From a virus (lineage: Duplodnaviria; Caudoviricetes), in IMG/VR virus record IMGVR_UViG_3300021476_000013, positions 1 through 36,255 of that record: a DNA stretch of 36,255 bases. One strand, written 5' to 3'. A model generated the notes under the pieces. The model was not told the origin of the DNA. It made no database searches and saw only the letters and a list, made by a program, of their open reading frames with translations. The position numbers were made by a program, and so were the translations under genes. The first letter of the stretch is position 1, and each line of letters begins with the position of its first letter. Positions 26,183 to 35,169 of the stretch are shown here, piece by piece.

Positions 26183-27457
26183 TTAATACCCCGCAGGGAC
26201 TGCAAGAGTGTCAATATAAGAGAGAGCCGCTGGATTATTAACAAAAATATTAAAACCAGCAACCATATAGAAAATCCAAGACGTCGCAATACCACCTACA
26301 GTGTCTCTAGTGGGCCAAACACGATCGTTATTATCTGGATTTTTGTAAAATCCAGCGGGATAGAGCTCAGCCCTTCCGTAAACATCGAGATCGATGAAGT
26401 CGATTCTCGTTCGATCCCATGAATAGGAAGTTTTGAGGGGTGCTCCCGCTATTCTCATGTTGTCATCGAAGTATAAATCCAGCCCTTCCTCCTTTGCGGC
26501 TTTATCTATACGAATGGCATTAAATCCAAGTTCCTCATAAGCCTGAGCTTGAGCAGGATGAGTCCATGCAAAGCATCTCCTTCGAGACTTCATTCCCACT
26601 CGATCTCCAATTTTATTAATTGCAAGTCGAGGAAGAGGAAGAGTCAAAGCGGATCCATTGGCATTAACTCTATTTGCCCTGATTTCAGGATTCTGAGAGC
26701 GATCAAATCCTAGCCAAGTTCCAGTTGAAGCATTGGAATCATGATACTTGACTCCGAATAATCCAACTGGAGGCGTGGATTGAAGACCCGAAGACACTAT
26801 GAGATCCCCTGCCGTGGCTCCGGTGACTGAAGGAGTTACACCGATCGTTTTATTTGCTAGATCATAAAACGTAACGGTCGTTTCAGATCCGGGACCGCCA
26901 GCAGTTCTGCAAGTGGTTAACGTACTGTTGAAGACATTGAGATCTTGACCACTTCGTATTAGGCGAACTCCAAATCCGTCAGTGGTAAGAGTGTAAGTGT
27001 CAACACCTCCCGATGTAGCTACTGTTGTGATCGTACCGAGAGTTCCGGTACCATCCGTCATAGCCTGAGAGTCTGCATATCGACGGAATTCCGCAGTTGA
27101 AGTAGCCAGATTATGTCGAAAGGCATTCATAACAGCCTTTCGATTAGAATCCGTCGACCACATCGTTTTAGCTGTAAATTCTACAGCATGCCTGAGATTA
27201 ACCGAACTGATTACGGCTTTGTCAAATGCTGGCATGTCACCGCGACCTAATCCAGAACCATCAGGAGAAAAGTATCCCGACTTTCCGCCAGTACGTATTT
27301 CAAGTGGAATTCTCATGTCTCGAGAAGAAGTTACTTCAACCGGCTTTTTGTCCAGTTGAGAGTAGAAAGTATCATCTCGATCGAACAAAGTTGCAAAATC
27401 CGGTAGTACACGCTCTAATTCAGCGCCGACTACTTGAGTTTCTGAACCGCCTGCCAT
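26183..27457 (-). CDS. major capsid protein
   Basis: 424 aa after the acidic scaffold, GGAG SD, followed by a terminator; DGTGTLGT and related coat-like motifs. Confidence 0.85.
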   Translation of the reverse strand: MAGGSETQVVGAELERVLPDFATLFDRDDTFYSQLDKKPVEVTSSRDMRIPLEIRTGGKSGYFSPDGSGLGRGDMPAFDKAVISSVNLRHAVEFTAKTMWSTDSNRKAVMNAFRHNLATSTAEFRRYADSQAMTDGTGTLGTITTVATSGGVDTYTLTTDGFGVRLIRSGQDLNVFNSTLTTCRTAGGPGSETTVTFYDLANKTIGVTPSVTGATAGDLIVSSGLQSTPPVGLFGVKYHDSNASTGTWLGFDRSQNPEIRANRVNANGSALTLPLPRLAINKIGDRVGMKSRRRCFAWTHPAQAQAYEELGFNAIRIDKAAKEEGLDLYFDDNMRIAGAPLKTSYSWDRTRIDFIDLDVYGRAELYPAGFYKNPDNNDRVWPTRDTVGGIATSWIFYMVAGFNIFVNNPAALSYIDTLAVPAGY

Positions 27458-27459
27458 GT

Positions 27460-28626
27460 TTAGCTCCTATAAGTGATGTTGCCAGCCAAAAAATCTGTAT
27501 CCGAGGTCTTACTCCAATCAACTTTTTTGGAGTTAATCTCCCCCATTGCAGACCTTCCAGCTGATGTTCCCTCTTTACGAGAATTTAGGGCTTCCAACTT
27601 CTTCCCTTTTCCCGTCGAGATTCTCGACGCTGTGCCAAGAGCCTCTGAAACGTATTTCGACCGCACCGTAGGAACAATAGACTTGGCGCGCGCGAGGTAC
27701 GCGGAAACGATTCTCGCTTTCCAATCCCCACTGTAACTACTTAACTTTGCTTTACTCCATAAGTTATCCATATACCGAATATGTGCTGGATCAGCTTGCA
27801 TCTGTTTACCAACTTCGGCAAAAATCTTATCCACCACGGATTCTTTAATGAAATTGGACATTAAATTATCTGGATCAATCTTCTCCGAAATTATAGCTCG
27901 TAACCCTTCAACACCTGAAGAATTAACGTCTCTGTAGAAAGAATTATATTTTTCCCGTTCAAATTCTTCTCGTTCATTTTTAACGGTACTGACTTCGGGC
28001 GCGCGTTCTTCCGCTATTGATCTCTTTCCATTTGCGATGTTAACGTCCCCAAACAGAAAGTCAGATAACAATAACGCAGCATTTCGTAGATTGTCATCAT
28101 TCCTAGAATCACCTTGGGAATAGAAAACGCGTGTCACATTTTGTAATAGTGGAGCTATTGTTTTCCAATGATCATCAGGACTAATTTTATGCAATGTAGG
28201 CAAAAATTGGGAAGAAAACTTTGTTAATCCATTAGCTTCTTTCAAAGAAGTCATAAACTGGGAACCATCTCCCTTTATGACACTCTCTTGCAGCGCCAAG
28301 AATGCGTCACTATTTTCGCTCGCTAGCTTTGCATCTGAAATAGAGGGAAAAAGATTGGAATACTCTTTTTCTCTAAAATACATATCTCGTAATGAAGGAA
28401 AAGATTTGAAAAACTCGGGAAATTTTTCATTAATTTCTTTTATTGATGGACGTTCATGTGGAGGGAAATCTTCCCTTGCACTATCTGAAGGTTCAGGTTC
28501 ATCCTCTGATTCGGGGGTACCTTCGGTACCTTCACCTTCAGTATCTTCGATATCTTCAGATTCTTCAGATTCTTCACCCCCTAGCAACTCTACATCTTGC
28601 TCAGGGCTGTTTAGCTCCTCAGGCAT
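27460..28626 (-). CDS. capsid scaffolding protein
   Basis: Very acidic disordered N-terminus, helical body, directly upstream of the capsid gene. Confidence 0.7.
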   Translation of the reverse strand: MPEELNSPEQDVELLGGEESEESEDIEDTEGEGTEGTPESEDEPEPSDSAREDFPPHERPSIKEINEKFPEFFKSFPSLRDMYFREKEYSNLFPSISDAKLASENSDAFLALQESVIKGDGSQFMTSLKEANGLTKFSSQFLPTLHKISPDDHWKTIAPLLQNVTRVFYSQGDSRNDDNLRNAALLLSDFLFGDVNIANGKRSIAEERAPEVSTVKNEREEFEREKYNSFYRDVNSSGVEGLRAIISEKIDPDNLMSNFIKESVVDKIFAEVGKQMQADPAHIRYMDNLWSKAKLSSYSGDWKARIVSAYLARAKSIVPTVRSKYVSEALGTASRISTGKGKKLEALNSRKEGTSAGRSAMGEINSKKVDWSKTSDTDFLAGNITYRS

Positions 28627-29878
28627 AAACTTCCTCCTTCAAATCACGATGCATTCTATCCAATGTGGAGATTAAATCGTCTCTATACTGTTTATCCGGG
28701 ATTTTAGCTTCTTCCAGAATTCTATATGGAGCTCTAAAAGCCGATTTCACGTCCCTTCCTAAATCACTAACTACTGCTATTACTCCAGTTCCATCAGAGT
28801 GTACTAATTTATTATCTTTTTTCATAACCTCATACAAATAAACTCTTTTATCATTAATATCTAATCCCCGAATTGGAGCGCCTAAATTGGGAGAAGCCTT
28901 TTGCACCTCCTTTGCAGTTTTTGGCTCTATTGGATAAGGTGGTATTGAAACCCTAATTCCAGCCGCGATGTTAGAAGTATCCACTTTTATATTAACTAAA
29001 TCTCCATTTACCAATCCTGCTATTAACTCTCCAAGATCCATTTTGAGCAATTGCATAAATGTAGGCAGAGCATCCAACCCAAAGCGTGGAGTCCATTCTA
29101 AACCATAAACTCCAGATTCATTGACTATAGTATTGAGATCTATAGGACCAACATGTCCGTTATTATCTAATAAACCAATTCCTTGTTGAATTACATCATT
29201 ATTTAAATTAGAGGACCATACTATATTACCTGAACATCCAGTACTAGGCCCCAAATCTCCTGACAAAAGTTTCTTGACTTCAATGGTTTGATTAGGGTCT
29301 CCTACAGATCCATATTCATCAAACCAAAACTCTGAGCTTACTATTGCTCCTTCAATAAATTCTTGGAGCACAAAAGATTCAATTTCCTTGCCATAAAAAC
29401 TTTTAACAAATTTCATGTAATCTATGCAATCTTGTGAATCGCAGCTAACATAGGACAATTTAGAAGGTAAATCTCCACAAGGCTTAAACACTAATTTTCC
29501 ATTATATTCTTTGGCATACTTAATTCCAGATTCAAAGTCTGAAAATTCTTTAGTTAATGGAACTAAAATTGCTGAATCCTCCATTACTTTCAAACCAAAA
29601 GCTCGATCGTTTTCTAGCTTATCCGCAAATCTAGATGCTCCTAAAACTTTTCTTCCAGATGCCTTTAAATAATCTGCAAAATCTCCCATACCTGAGGAAT
29701 CGAAGATAACTATCTCATCATCATCTGGATATTTATCTTCAGCTTTCTCTAAAATTCCATCGTATACAGTAGAATAATCAGGTTCTCTTATCCAAATTCG
29801 GCAAGAATTTCCCTCTTGCATGATTCGATATAACAACCCCGCACCTTCTCCACATTTAGAAATCAGGAAAAATTTCAT
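28619..29878 (-). CDS. divergent PurD-like ATP-grasp ligase
   Basis: KLENDRAFG, LVFKP, LQEFIEG, GDLGPSTGCSG (cf. GPNTGGMG), LEWTPRFG (cf. EFNxRFG), IPPYP, YRDD; lacks the GxGGRE N-terminal motif; start ATG 29878. Confidence 0.8.
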   Translation of the reverse strand: MKFFLISKCGEGAGLLYRIMQEGNSCRIWIREPDYSTVYDGILEKAEDKYPDDDEIVIFDSSGMGDFADYLKASGRKVLGASRFADKLENDRAFGLKVMEDSAILVPLTKEFSDFESGIKYAKEYNGKLVFKPCGDLPSKLSYVSCDSQDCIDYMKFVKSFYGKEIESFVLQEFIEGAIVSSEFWFDEYGSVGDPNQTIEVKKLLSGDLGPSTGCSGNIVWSSNLNNDVIQQGIGLLDNNGHVGPIDLNTIVNESGVYGLEWTPRFGLDALPTFMQLLKMDLGELIAGLVNGDLVNIKVDTSNIAAGIRVSIPPYPIEPKTAKEVQKASPNLGAPIRGLDINDKRVYLYEVMKKDNKLVHSDGTGVIAVVSDLGRDVKSAFRAPYRILEEAKIPDKQYRDDLISTLDRMHRDLKEEVYA

Positions 29879-29882
29879 TTCG

Positions 29883-31100
29883 TTAATGCACCGCTGCGGT
29901 AATATAGGGAACTGCATCTAAAAGTCCCATATTTCCAGTAGCTGGAGTTAATACTGTAGGATCAGGAGTCAACAAAATATCCATTTTATCTAAAGCAGCA
30001 CATGTTGGAATAGCGGCTCCGGATAAAGTTACATTTTTAGTGGTAAAGACTGTTCCGGGAACAACAACCGCTCCACTTGAAGTTTGCGCTCCTAAAGTGT
30101 AATTAACAGAATTAGCAGCACTACCTTGAGGTAGACATGCAAGACGATAAGCCCATCCTGCATTACCGCTGGTGGCTGAATTCATTTCAAATATTAATTT
30201 AATTGAAATTGCAGTTATATTGGTATCCCAAGGACCCAATCTATAACGGATATACTGATTTGCCGCGCCAGTAAAAGCCCAGTATAAATAGCAATGATTG
30301 CCCGTATTTGGGGAGGTGAAAAAGGTTTCAATTCCATTACCAGAACCTGTAGATTCCCACGATCCCTGCGTACTAGTTCCCGCGGAATTATCAGCGCAAA
30401 CAGAGTTATAAACAGGTAATGTGGTAGTACCACCTCCAGATGCATTAAACGTCAAGCCTGAAGCACTAGTCGTAATGGTCATATTGGTGCCCGCGATAGC
30501 AGCACATCCACCACCTCTACCTCGGAAGTCTGTATACCCGTTTACATCCCATTGACCTATAGTAGAGGATGTCCATTGAAATACGAGATAACCCCCACAA
30601 AGCTGAGGAAATGAGGAAATGTTAGCAACAACGGTATATCCTGTACATGTTGCAGATACTCCAGATGCGGCGCTATATCCTAACACGAATACACCTGCTG
30701 CTTGACCATCAGTACCATGACCGTCTGTAATATAGCCGTACAATGTAAAGGCAGAGGCAGCTGCGTTCGTAATGACGCAAGAACCCTTGATATAATCAAT
30801 TTGATTTGCATTTACATTGCATCCAGAGACAGTTAAAGTGGTTGCATTAGTTCTTGAAGGTTGACAATCATTAAGTTGACCAAAGGAACTTGCTCCACCA
30901 CTGCTAGCCGATGCATAGATACTACTTTGGCAAGTATAAATAACTCCCGTAGATGATAGCATAATGGCTGGAGAAAATCCAGTACACGCAACTCCTACGG
31001 GGCTGACAACAGAAATAAGGAAATTATTCTGAATCTGAGCGCTGCATTCAAGGGGAATCAGGGCTAAGAGGAAGAACAAAATAAATTTCATGAATTTCAT
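29883..31100 (-). CDS. Cys-rich fibre/spike-like protein with Sec-type signal peptide
   Basis: ATGA-coupled start 31100; MKFMKFILFFLLALIPLECSA-Q; T/S/G/A-rich beta composition, 12 Cys in the mature part. Confidence 0.65.
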   Translation of the reverse strand: MKFMKFILFFLLALIPLECSAQIQNNFLISVVSPVGVACTGFSPAIMLSSTGVIYTCQSSIYASASSGGASSFGQLNDCQPSRTNATTLTVSGCNVNANQIDYIKGSCVITNAAASAFTLYGYITDGHGTDGQAAGVFVLGYSAASGVSATCTGYTVVANISSFPQLCGGYLVFQWTSSTIGQWDVNGYTDFRGRGGGCAAIAGTNMTITTSASGLTFNASGGGTTTLPVYNSVCADNSAGTSTQGSWESTGSGNGIETFFTSPNTGNHCYLYWAFTGAANQYIRYRLGPWDTNITAISIKLIFEMNSATSGNAGWAYRLACLPQGSAANSVNYTLGAQTSSGAVVVPGTVFTTKNVTLSGAAIPTCAALDKMDILLTPDPTVLTPATGNMGLLDAVPYITAAVH

Positions 31101-31408
31101 ACAAACTCCAAATCTACAATGACTCCTTGAGCATTGCCAGAAATGTAGTAGTCTTTCAAACAAATAGTATTTCGAGTGGATCTTTTAGTCATGCCAGTAA
31201 GAACAAAACCAGCGTTATTGATATAATTTGCATCGCTAACGTTAACTGCCAATGTATTTGTTGGGGCGGGAATCATCTCAAACTCTTGCACTCTATCCGG
31301 AAGTATTCCATTTATAGGAATACTTCCTGTAGTGAGGAGAATTAATGCGTATAACTGATGATAAGCAGTATCACTTGGAATTGTTACGTTAAAAGTTCGA
31401 TGGGCCAT
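31097..31408 (-). CDS. hypothetical virion-module protein
   Basis: GAGG SD; 103 aa, beta-rich. Confidence 0.65.
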   Translation of the reverse strand: MAHRTFNVTIPSDTAYHQLYALILLTTGSIPINGILPDRVQEFEMIPAPTNTLAVNVSDANYINNAGFVLTGMTKRSTRNTICLKDYYISGNAQGVIVDLEFV

Positions 31409-31431
31409 GTTTCCTCTTCACTTAACGCACA

Positions 31432-31470
31432 CGCGCGCGGAGTTATCGGGGAAAGATAACCCCACGCGCG
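31432..31470 (-). other. 16-bp RNA hairpin downstream of the portal gene
   Basis: Minus strand CGCGCGUGGGGUUAUC-UUUCCCC-GAUAACUCCGCGCGCG, fully paired with two G-U pairs; no U tract. Confidence 0.7.
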
Positions 31471-31498
31471 ATCTGTACAGCCGTGGCACTGCACATAA

Positions 31499-33649
31499 TC
31501 ATTGAACTCCTGAAGGTTGCTGTCCAGGTTGTGAACCCTGAAATTGCTGCTGCGTTTGAGCGGTCAAAACTTGACTGTGCTCCTGAAGATGCTGCATAAT
31601 TGCTGTATAAGCTAAGGGATTGTTTACTTTGAGATCTTGACCCTTAATTCCAATTAGAAAGAATTTACAAGTATCAATATGAATAGAATTATCATCGATT
31701 TCAGGTTCAATCGGAATAGCTACTTGAGAATCAATCATTTGTCGGATTTCCTCCATTTGTTTGATTCGTTGATCTTCCCCCGGAATATGTAATTCTGGAA
31801 AGGATAAAACATCCGCAATTTCATTTCTATTTTGACTATCATAAATTGCAGCGTTCAGAAATTCATTATTGAATTCCATTAACTTAAGCAAAAGTTGTTG
31901 CTTTTGAGCGGAACTGATGGGGAATGTTTCCGATCCCTCAGCCTCGACATCTCCCACCTTACCCGTTAGTTCAGCACGTTTTATCCATATATTGGAGTAT
32001 CTTTCATTATCTTTAACCACAAATTTTTCATCCTCTACGAGATTCTCAACATAAAGATGGACACACTTTTCCATCAATTCCGCAAACCAAATTGTAAATA
32101 GAGACCAACAAATAGACAAACGCTGTAAGGCCATTTGTCGGCTCATGTTATACTCTGCCGCTGTACGAGACTTTCCTTCCCCAGGACCCCCATAGATTGA
32201 GGGAAAAGAACCAACACAAAATTGACCATCTTTATCTAATTGATTACCAAATCCTGGAACTTCTTTGGATAAAGTCGCTCTCGAACCCTCGTAGAACATA
32301 TCAGGCGCGCGCGATCCTGGTCTGACTTTGATCGGATAAACTGATCCAGGTCTAACTTCATGCTTGCTATAAGTCTTAAAATTCAAGGTTTCATTATCTG
32401 CGAATTGAGAAGGAATTCCCTGTTCAATAGTCTCTAGAGTTAAATTGGATAAAACATTTCTCATCTCATTTATAGATACTAATGGCTGCCCTAAAGCATC
32501 AGCATGAATAAAAGTGCTCAATCCCGCTTTACCAATCGTCCAATATTTATCCATATCTTCATCTCTAGATTCTACATAAGTTTTGCCTACGAATGCACAA
32601 TAACAGCCATTGGGATAAAGTTTATAGAGTTTTTTCTTTTCTGCATCTTTACTTTCAGGGAGACTTTCAAAGGTCCAGGGTCTTAACCAGCACCTTCTCA
32701 AAGAATTAAGATCTTTATTCAAATCTCCTCTTGATAACGTTGAGAATGCGGAAAGCGTTCTTCCGAGGCGTTCATTCGATTCAATATCTTTATTCTCTTT
32801 ATCTATTTTATCAGCAACATGGGGATAAAGATTTTTAAGGAAGTCCGTAGGCTGATCTAAAGTCAATATCAGGTACCCGCACTCCTTCTGCATTCGGGAA
32901 TAAGAAGATACTTTAACAAATAGAGGACCAAATATATCAATGAGCACACGAGTTTTTGGTTGCTCAGAGAATCCATCTAGAACAGGTTTAAGTTCCAAAG
33001 GATTACCACAGTTTGGGCAGGACATACCCTCAATTGCATCCTCTTGATCCGCCGGAGCCATATAACCACAATTATTACAAACTAATCCCTTTTTATAGTT
33101 AGGAATTAAGATAGCCCCAAAGTTTTTATCCGCTTTCGGAGCGTGATACGCAAAAACGTTTCCACAATTCCAAAGTGTTAAAAGAGATTGAAGCATTAAC
33201 TGCTTGACGTGATTATGCTTCTGGATTAAATCCGCAATATTGGAATAGACTCGGGAAGTTATTAAATCCTCCGCATTGTCCGCATCATCTGGAGGGAATC
33301 TAACAGCGGGAACCTCCGCGCTCAGTGCAGCAATGATACTTTCTCCATGAGCTTTATAAATGTTTATTACATAATCGTAATATGGCCCCTCTGCATCTTC
33401 TCTACCCTCATCCTCTGCTAACCATCGGGCGTCGGCGGGAGCCAGCCAATCTTGATGTGTTTCGGACCAAAAAGTGAATTGAACGCCGTGCCAGAAATTC
33501 TCATTTTTCTTCCAAAGTTTGATTTGTTGTTTTCTAATCCAGGAATCTTCTTCTTCATATTTATGAATAATTTCGAGGAGACACTTCTGAAGTTCCTCGG
33601 GAAGGTCCTCATTATTCGCGTTCGCTTCGCGTGAGCTAACTGAATCCAT
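31499..33649 (-). CDS. portal protein with Zn-ribbon insertion
   Basis: 716 aa between terminase and scaffold; W..N..FWHG.Q, IN.YK, RTAAEY, Gln-rich tail; CNNC...CPNC insert. Confidence 0.85.
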   Translation of the reverse strand: MDSVSSREANANNEDLPEELQKCLLEIIHKYEEEDSWIRKQQIKLWKKNENFWHGVQFTFWSETHQDWLAPADARWLAEDEGREDAEGPYYDYVINIYKAHGESIIAALSAEVPAVRFPPDDADNAEDLITSRVYSNIADLIQKHNHVKQLMLQSLLTLWNCGNVFAYHAPKADKNFGAILIPNYKKGLVCNNCGYMAPADQEDAIEGMSCPNCGNPLELKPVLDGFSEQPKTRVLIDIFGPLFVKVSSYSRMQKECGYLILTLDQPTDFLKNLYPHVADKIDKENKDIESNERLGRTLSAFSTLSRGDLNKDLNSLRRCWLRPWTFESLPESKDAEKKKLYKLYPNGCYCAFVGKTYVESRDEDMDKYWTIGKAGLSTFIHADALGQPLVSINEMRNVLSNLTLETIEQGIPSQFADNETLNFKTYSKHEVRPGSVYPIKVRPGSRAPDMFYEGSRATLSKEVPGFGNQLDKDGQFCVGSFPSIYGGPGEGKSRTAAEYNMSRQMALQRLSICWSLFTIWFAELMEKCVHLYVENLVEDEKFVVKDNERYSNIWIKRAELTGKVGDVEAEGSETFPISSAQKQQLLLKLMEFNNEFLNAAIYDSQNRNEIADVLSFPELHIPGEDQRIKQMEEIRQMIDSQVAIPIEPEIDDNSIHIDTCKFFLIGIKGQDLKVNNPLAYTAIMQHLQEHSQVLTAQTQQQFQGSQPGQQPSGVQ

Positions 33650-33666
33650 ATCGTTTAACTGGCTGT

Positions 33667-33804
33667 TTAACTGAATCCATAAACCATAGGCTTCTTCGAT
33701 GAATGTTTAGCCTTCACCATTTTCTTGGGCTTTTTTGAAGTCTTTTTTGAAGCAATCGGCTTTTTTGGAGCGTCGTAATCTAAACTAACAAACTGATGTT
33801 TCAT
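33667..33804 (-). CDS. small Lys-rich protein (45 aa, not in ORF track)
   Basis: AAAGGA SD; MKHQFVSLDYDAPKKPIASKKTSKKPKKM... Confidence 0.6.
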   Translation of the reverse strand: MKHQFVSLDYDAPKKPIASKKTSKKPKKMVKAKHSSKKPMVYGFS

Positions 33805-33892
33805 CCTTTTCCTTTCTTAAGCTGACGGAGGAGCTTTAGTAATTACCTCATCTATTTCTACAGGAAGTGATACTTACATCACTCCATCTGCG

Positions 33893-34618
33893 CTATAGAT
33901 TGACGAGGTAATATTCCAACATCACTTCAATCACCCCCGCAGTGAGTGCAGCGGTTCCAACGGTAAAATTAATTTGTCCCGCAGCAGACATTTTAATTGC
34001 TGTTGCTGCTGAGCTGAGAGGAATTGGGTCGAGAAGGGTTGCAACTGTTAACGAAGCTTTTGCTGTAGCGGCTAAAATCGAGGCAGCGCTTGATCCAGCA
34101 GTAGTTCCGATGGAAACGGTGGCGGATCCCGCAGAAGTTACCGCAGTCTGAACGTATATCTGACCACGAATAATCACCGCATTCGCTGGAATGGTATCGG
34201 AATCTTGGGGAGTAATTGCACCTATACCCCCACCATCAACTGCGAAATTATAAATAGCTTTCGCAATATAATTAGCAGAATATCCCACATTTTCAGTGCC
34301 AACTGCAATTCCAATGTCTGCAAAAACAATCTCAGCACCCGCTCTATACTCCAAAGTTGCTTGAAGAGAAGGAGTAGTGGAGGCGAGTGATGTGTAAACC
34401 TTGTATCCAATTGCTCCGGGAGCCGGTTTCCAACCAACTTGAACTAAATTTCGATTGGATAAGGCGGCTGGTGTGGTAACGGATACTGGTCCTGCTAGCG
34501 GCCCCGCTCCGGTATCATAAACTCCTTGAATCCAATAGTAACGGGCGGTTGTTCCGCCAGCGTCTCCAAAATAGCGAGCGGTTAATCCTGTTGCCGAAGG
34601 TCTTGCTTGAGTTGACAT
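33893..34618 (-). CDS. putative capsid decoration/spike protein
   Basis: N-terminal Fn3-like (YYWI..VGW.PAPGA.GY.VY) and C-terminal jelly-roll-like (TIPANAVI..ATVSIGT..LTAG.I.V) domains. Confidence 0.55.
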   Translation of the reverse strand: MSTQARPSATGLTARYFGDAGGTTARYYWIQGVYDTGAGPLAGPVSVTTPAALSNRNLVQVGWKPAPGAIGYKVYTSLASTTPSLQATLEYRAGAEIVFADIGIAVGTENVGYSANYIAKAIYNFAVDGGGIGAITPQDSDTIPANAVIIRGQIYVQTAVTSAGSATVSIGTTAGSSAASILAATAKASLTVATLLDPIPLSSAATAIKMSAAGQINFTVGTAALTAGVIEVMLEYYLVNL

Positions 34619-34648
34619 GAGTAATTCCTTTCTTTAGTAAACTGAGCC

Positions 34649-34903
34649 TCATTTCGCGCGTAAATCATTACGCTCGTTTTCAAGTTTCGCTAATCTATCC
34701 TGCAAATCAACAATTTTTTCCGTTTTCGTAGCGCCTTGAACCTCTAAACTTCCTACTCTAGCAGATAATGCAGTTACAGCGCTCTCTAATGCGCTATCTC
34801 CATATATTATATGATTAACAAAAGCGCCTAAAATTAAAAGAATTAGAGCGCCTAATCCTGTAATTATCAGATAGAGAATTTTGGAGTTTCCATTAGTATT
34901 CAT
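34649..34903 (-). CDS. holin/spanin-like membrane protein
   Basis: One N-terminal TM helix followed by a coiled coil. Confidence 0.45.
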   Translation of the reverse strand: MNTNGNSKILYLIITGLGALILLILGAFVNHIIYGDSALESAVTALSARVGSLEVQGATKTEKIVDLQDRLAKLENERNDLRAK

Positions 34904-35058
34904 TTCTTTTTTCGCCTGAGAGCCTTTGCAAATCGAGATTTAACTTTGTGAGGTGTTTTATCCAGAAATTCTTGAGCCACTTTCGCTAACCCTCCAATTC
35001 CAGGAGCGTGCGCGTGCGTCTGCATGAATCTAAATTGTTTAGCACTCTTCACTGGCAT
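34900..35058 (-). CDS. small basic protein (52 aa, not in ORF track)
   Basis: MPVKSAKQFRFM..., a common phage MPxKSxxQxRFM pattern; ATGA overlap with the next gene. Confidence 0.7.
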   Translation of the reverse strand: MPVKSAKQFRFMQTHAHAPGIGGLAKVAQEFLDKTPHKVKSRFAKALRRKKK

Positions 35059-35060
35059 AA

Positions 35061-35097
35061 ACTTCGTTCACGTGTTCACTTCGTTCACACGTTTCAC
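35061..35097. repeat. tandem direct repeat ACTTCGTTCAC
   Basis: Identical 11-mers at 35061 and 35078, in an intergenic gap upstream of ATG 35058. Confidence 0.6.
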
Positions 35098-35169
35098 TCT
35101 TCATCAGTGTAGTAGAAATATTCTACTAAAAGATCTAACTCCCACATTGCGGAAGCTATCAAACTTTGG

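Noticed and set aside
27226-28675. Several + strand ORFs antisense to the capsid and scaffold genes
   Set aside because: Shadow ORFs of well-supported minus-strand genes with no SD or motifs; the same applies to the other short antisense ORFs in the track
28619-29878. Z-genome (PurZ) pathway or bona fide purD auxiliary metabolic gene
   Set aside because: The protein is ATP-grasp, not PurA/PurZ-like; PurD substrate motifs are altered and no other purine genes are present
31030-31100. Lipoprotein signal in the Cys-rich fibre-like gene
   Set aside because: PLEC does not fit the lipobox; cleavage at CSA-Q by signal peptidase I fits better
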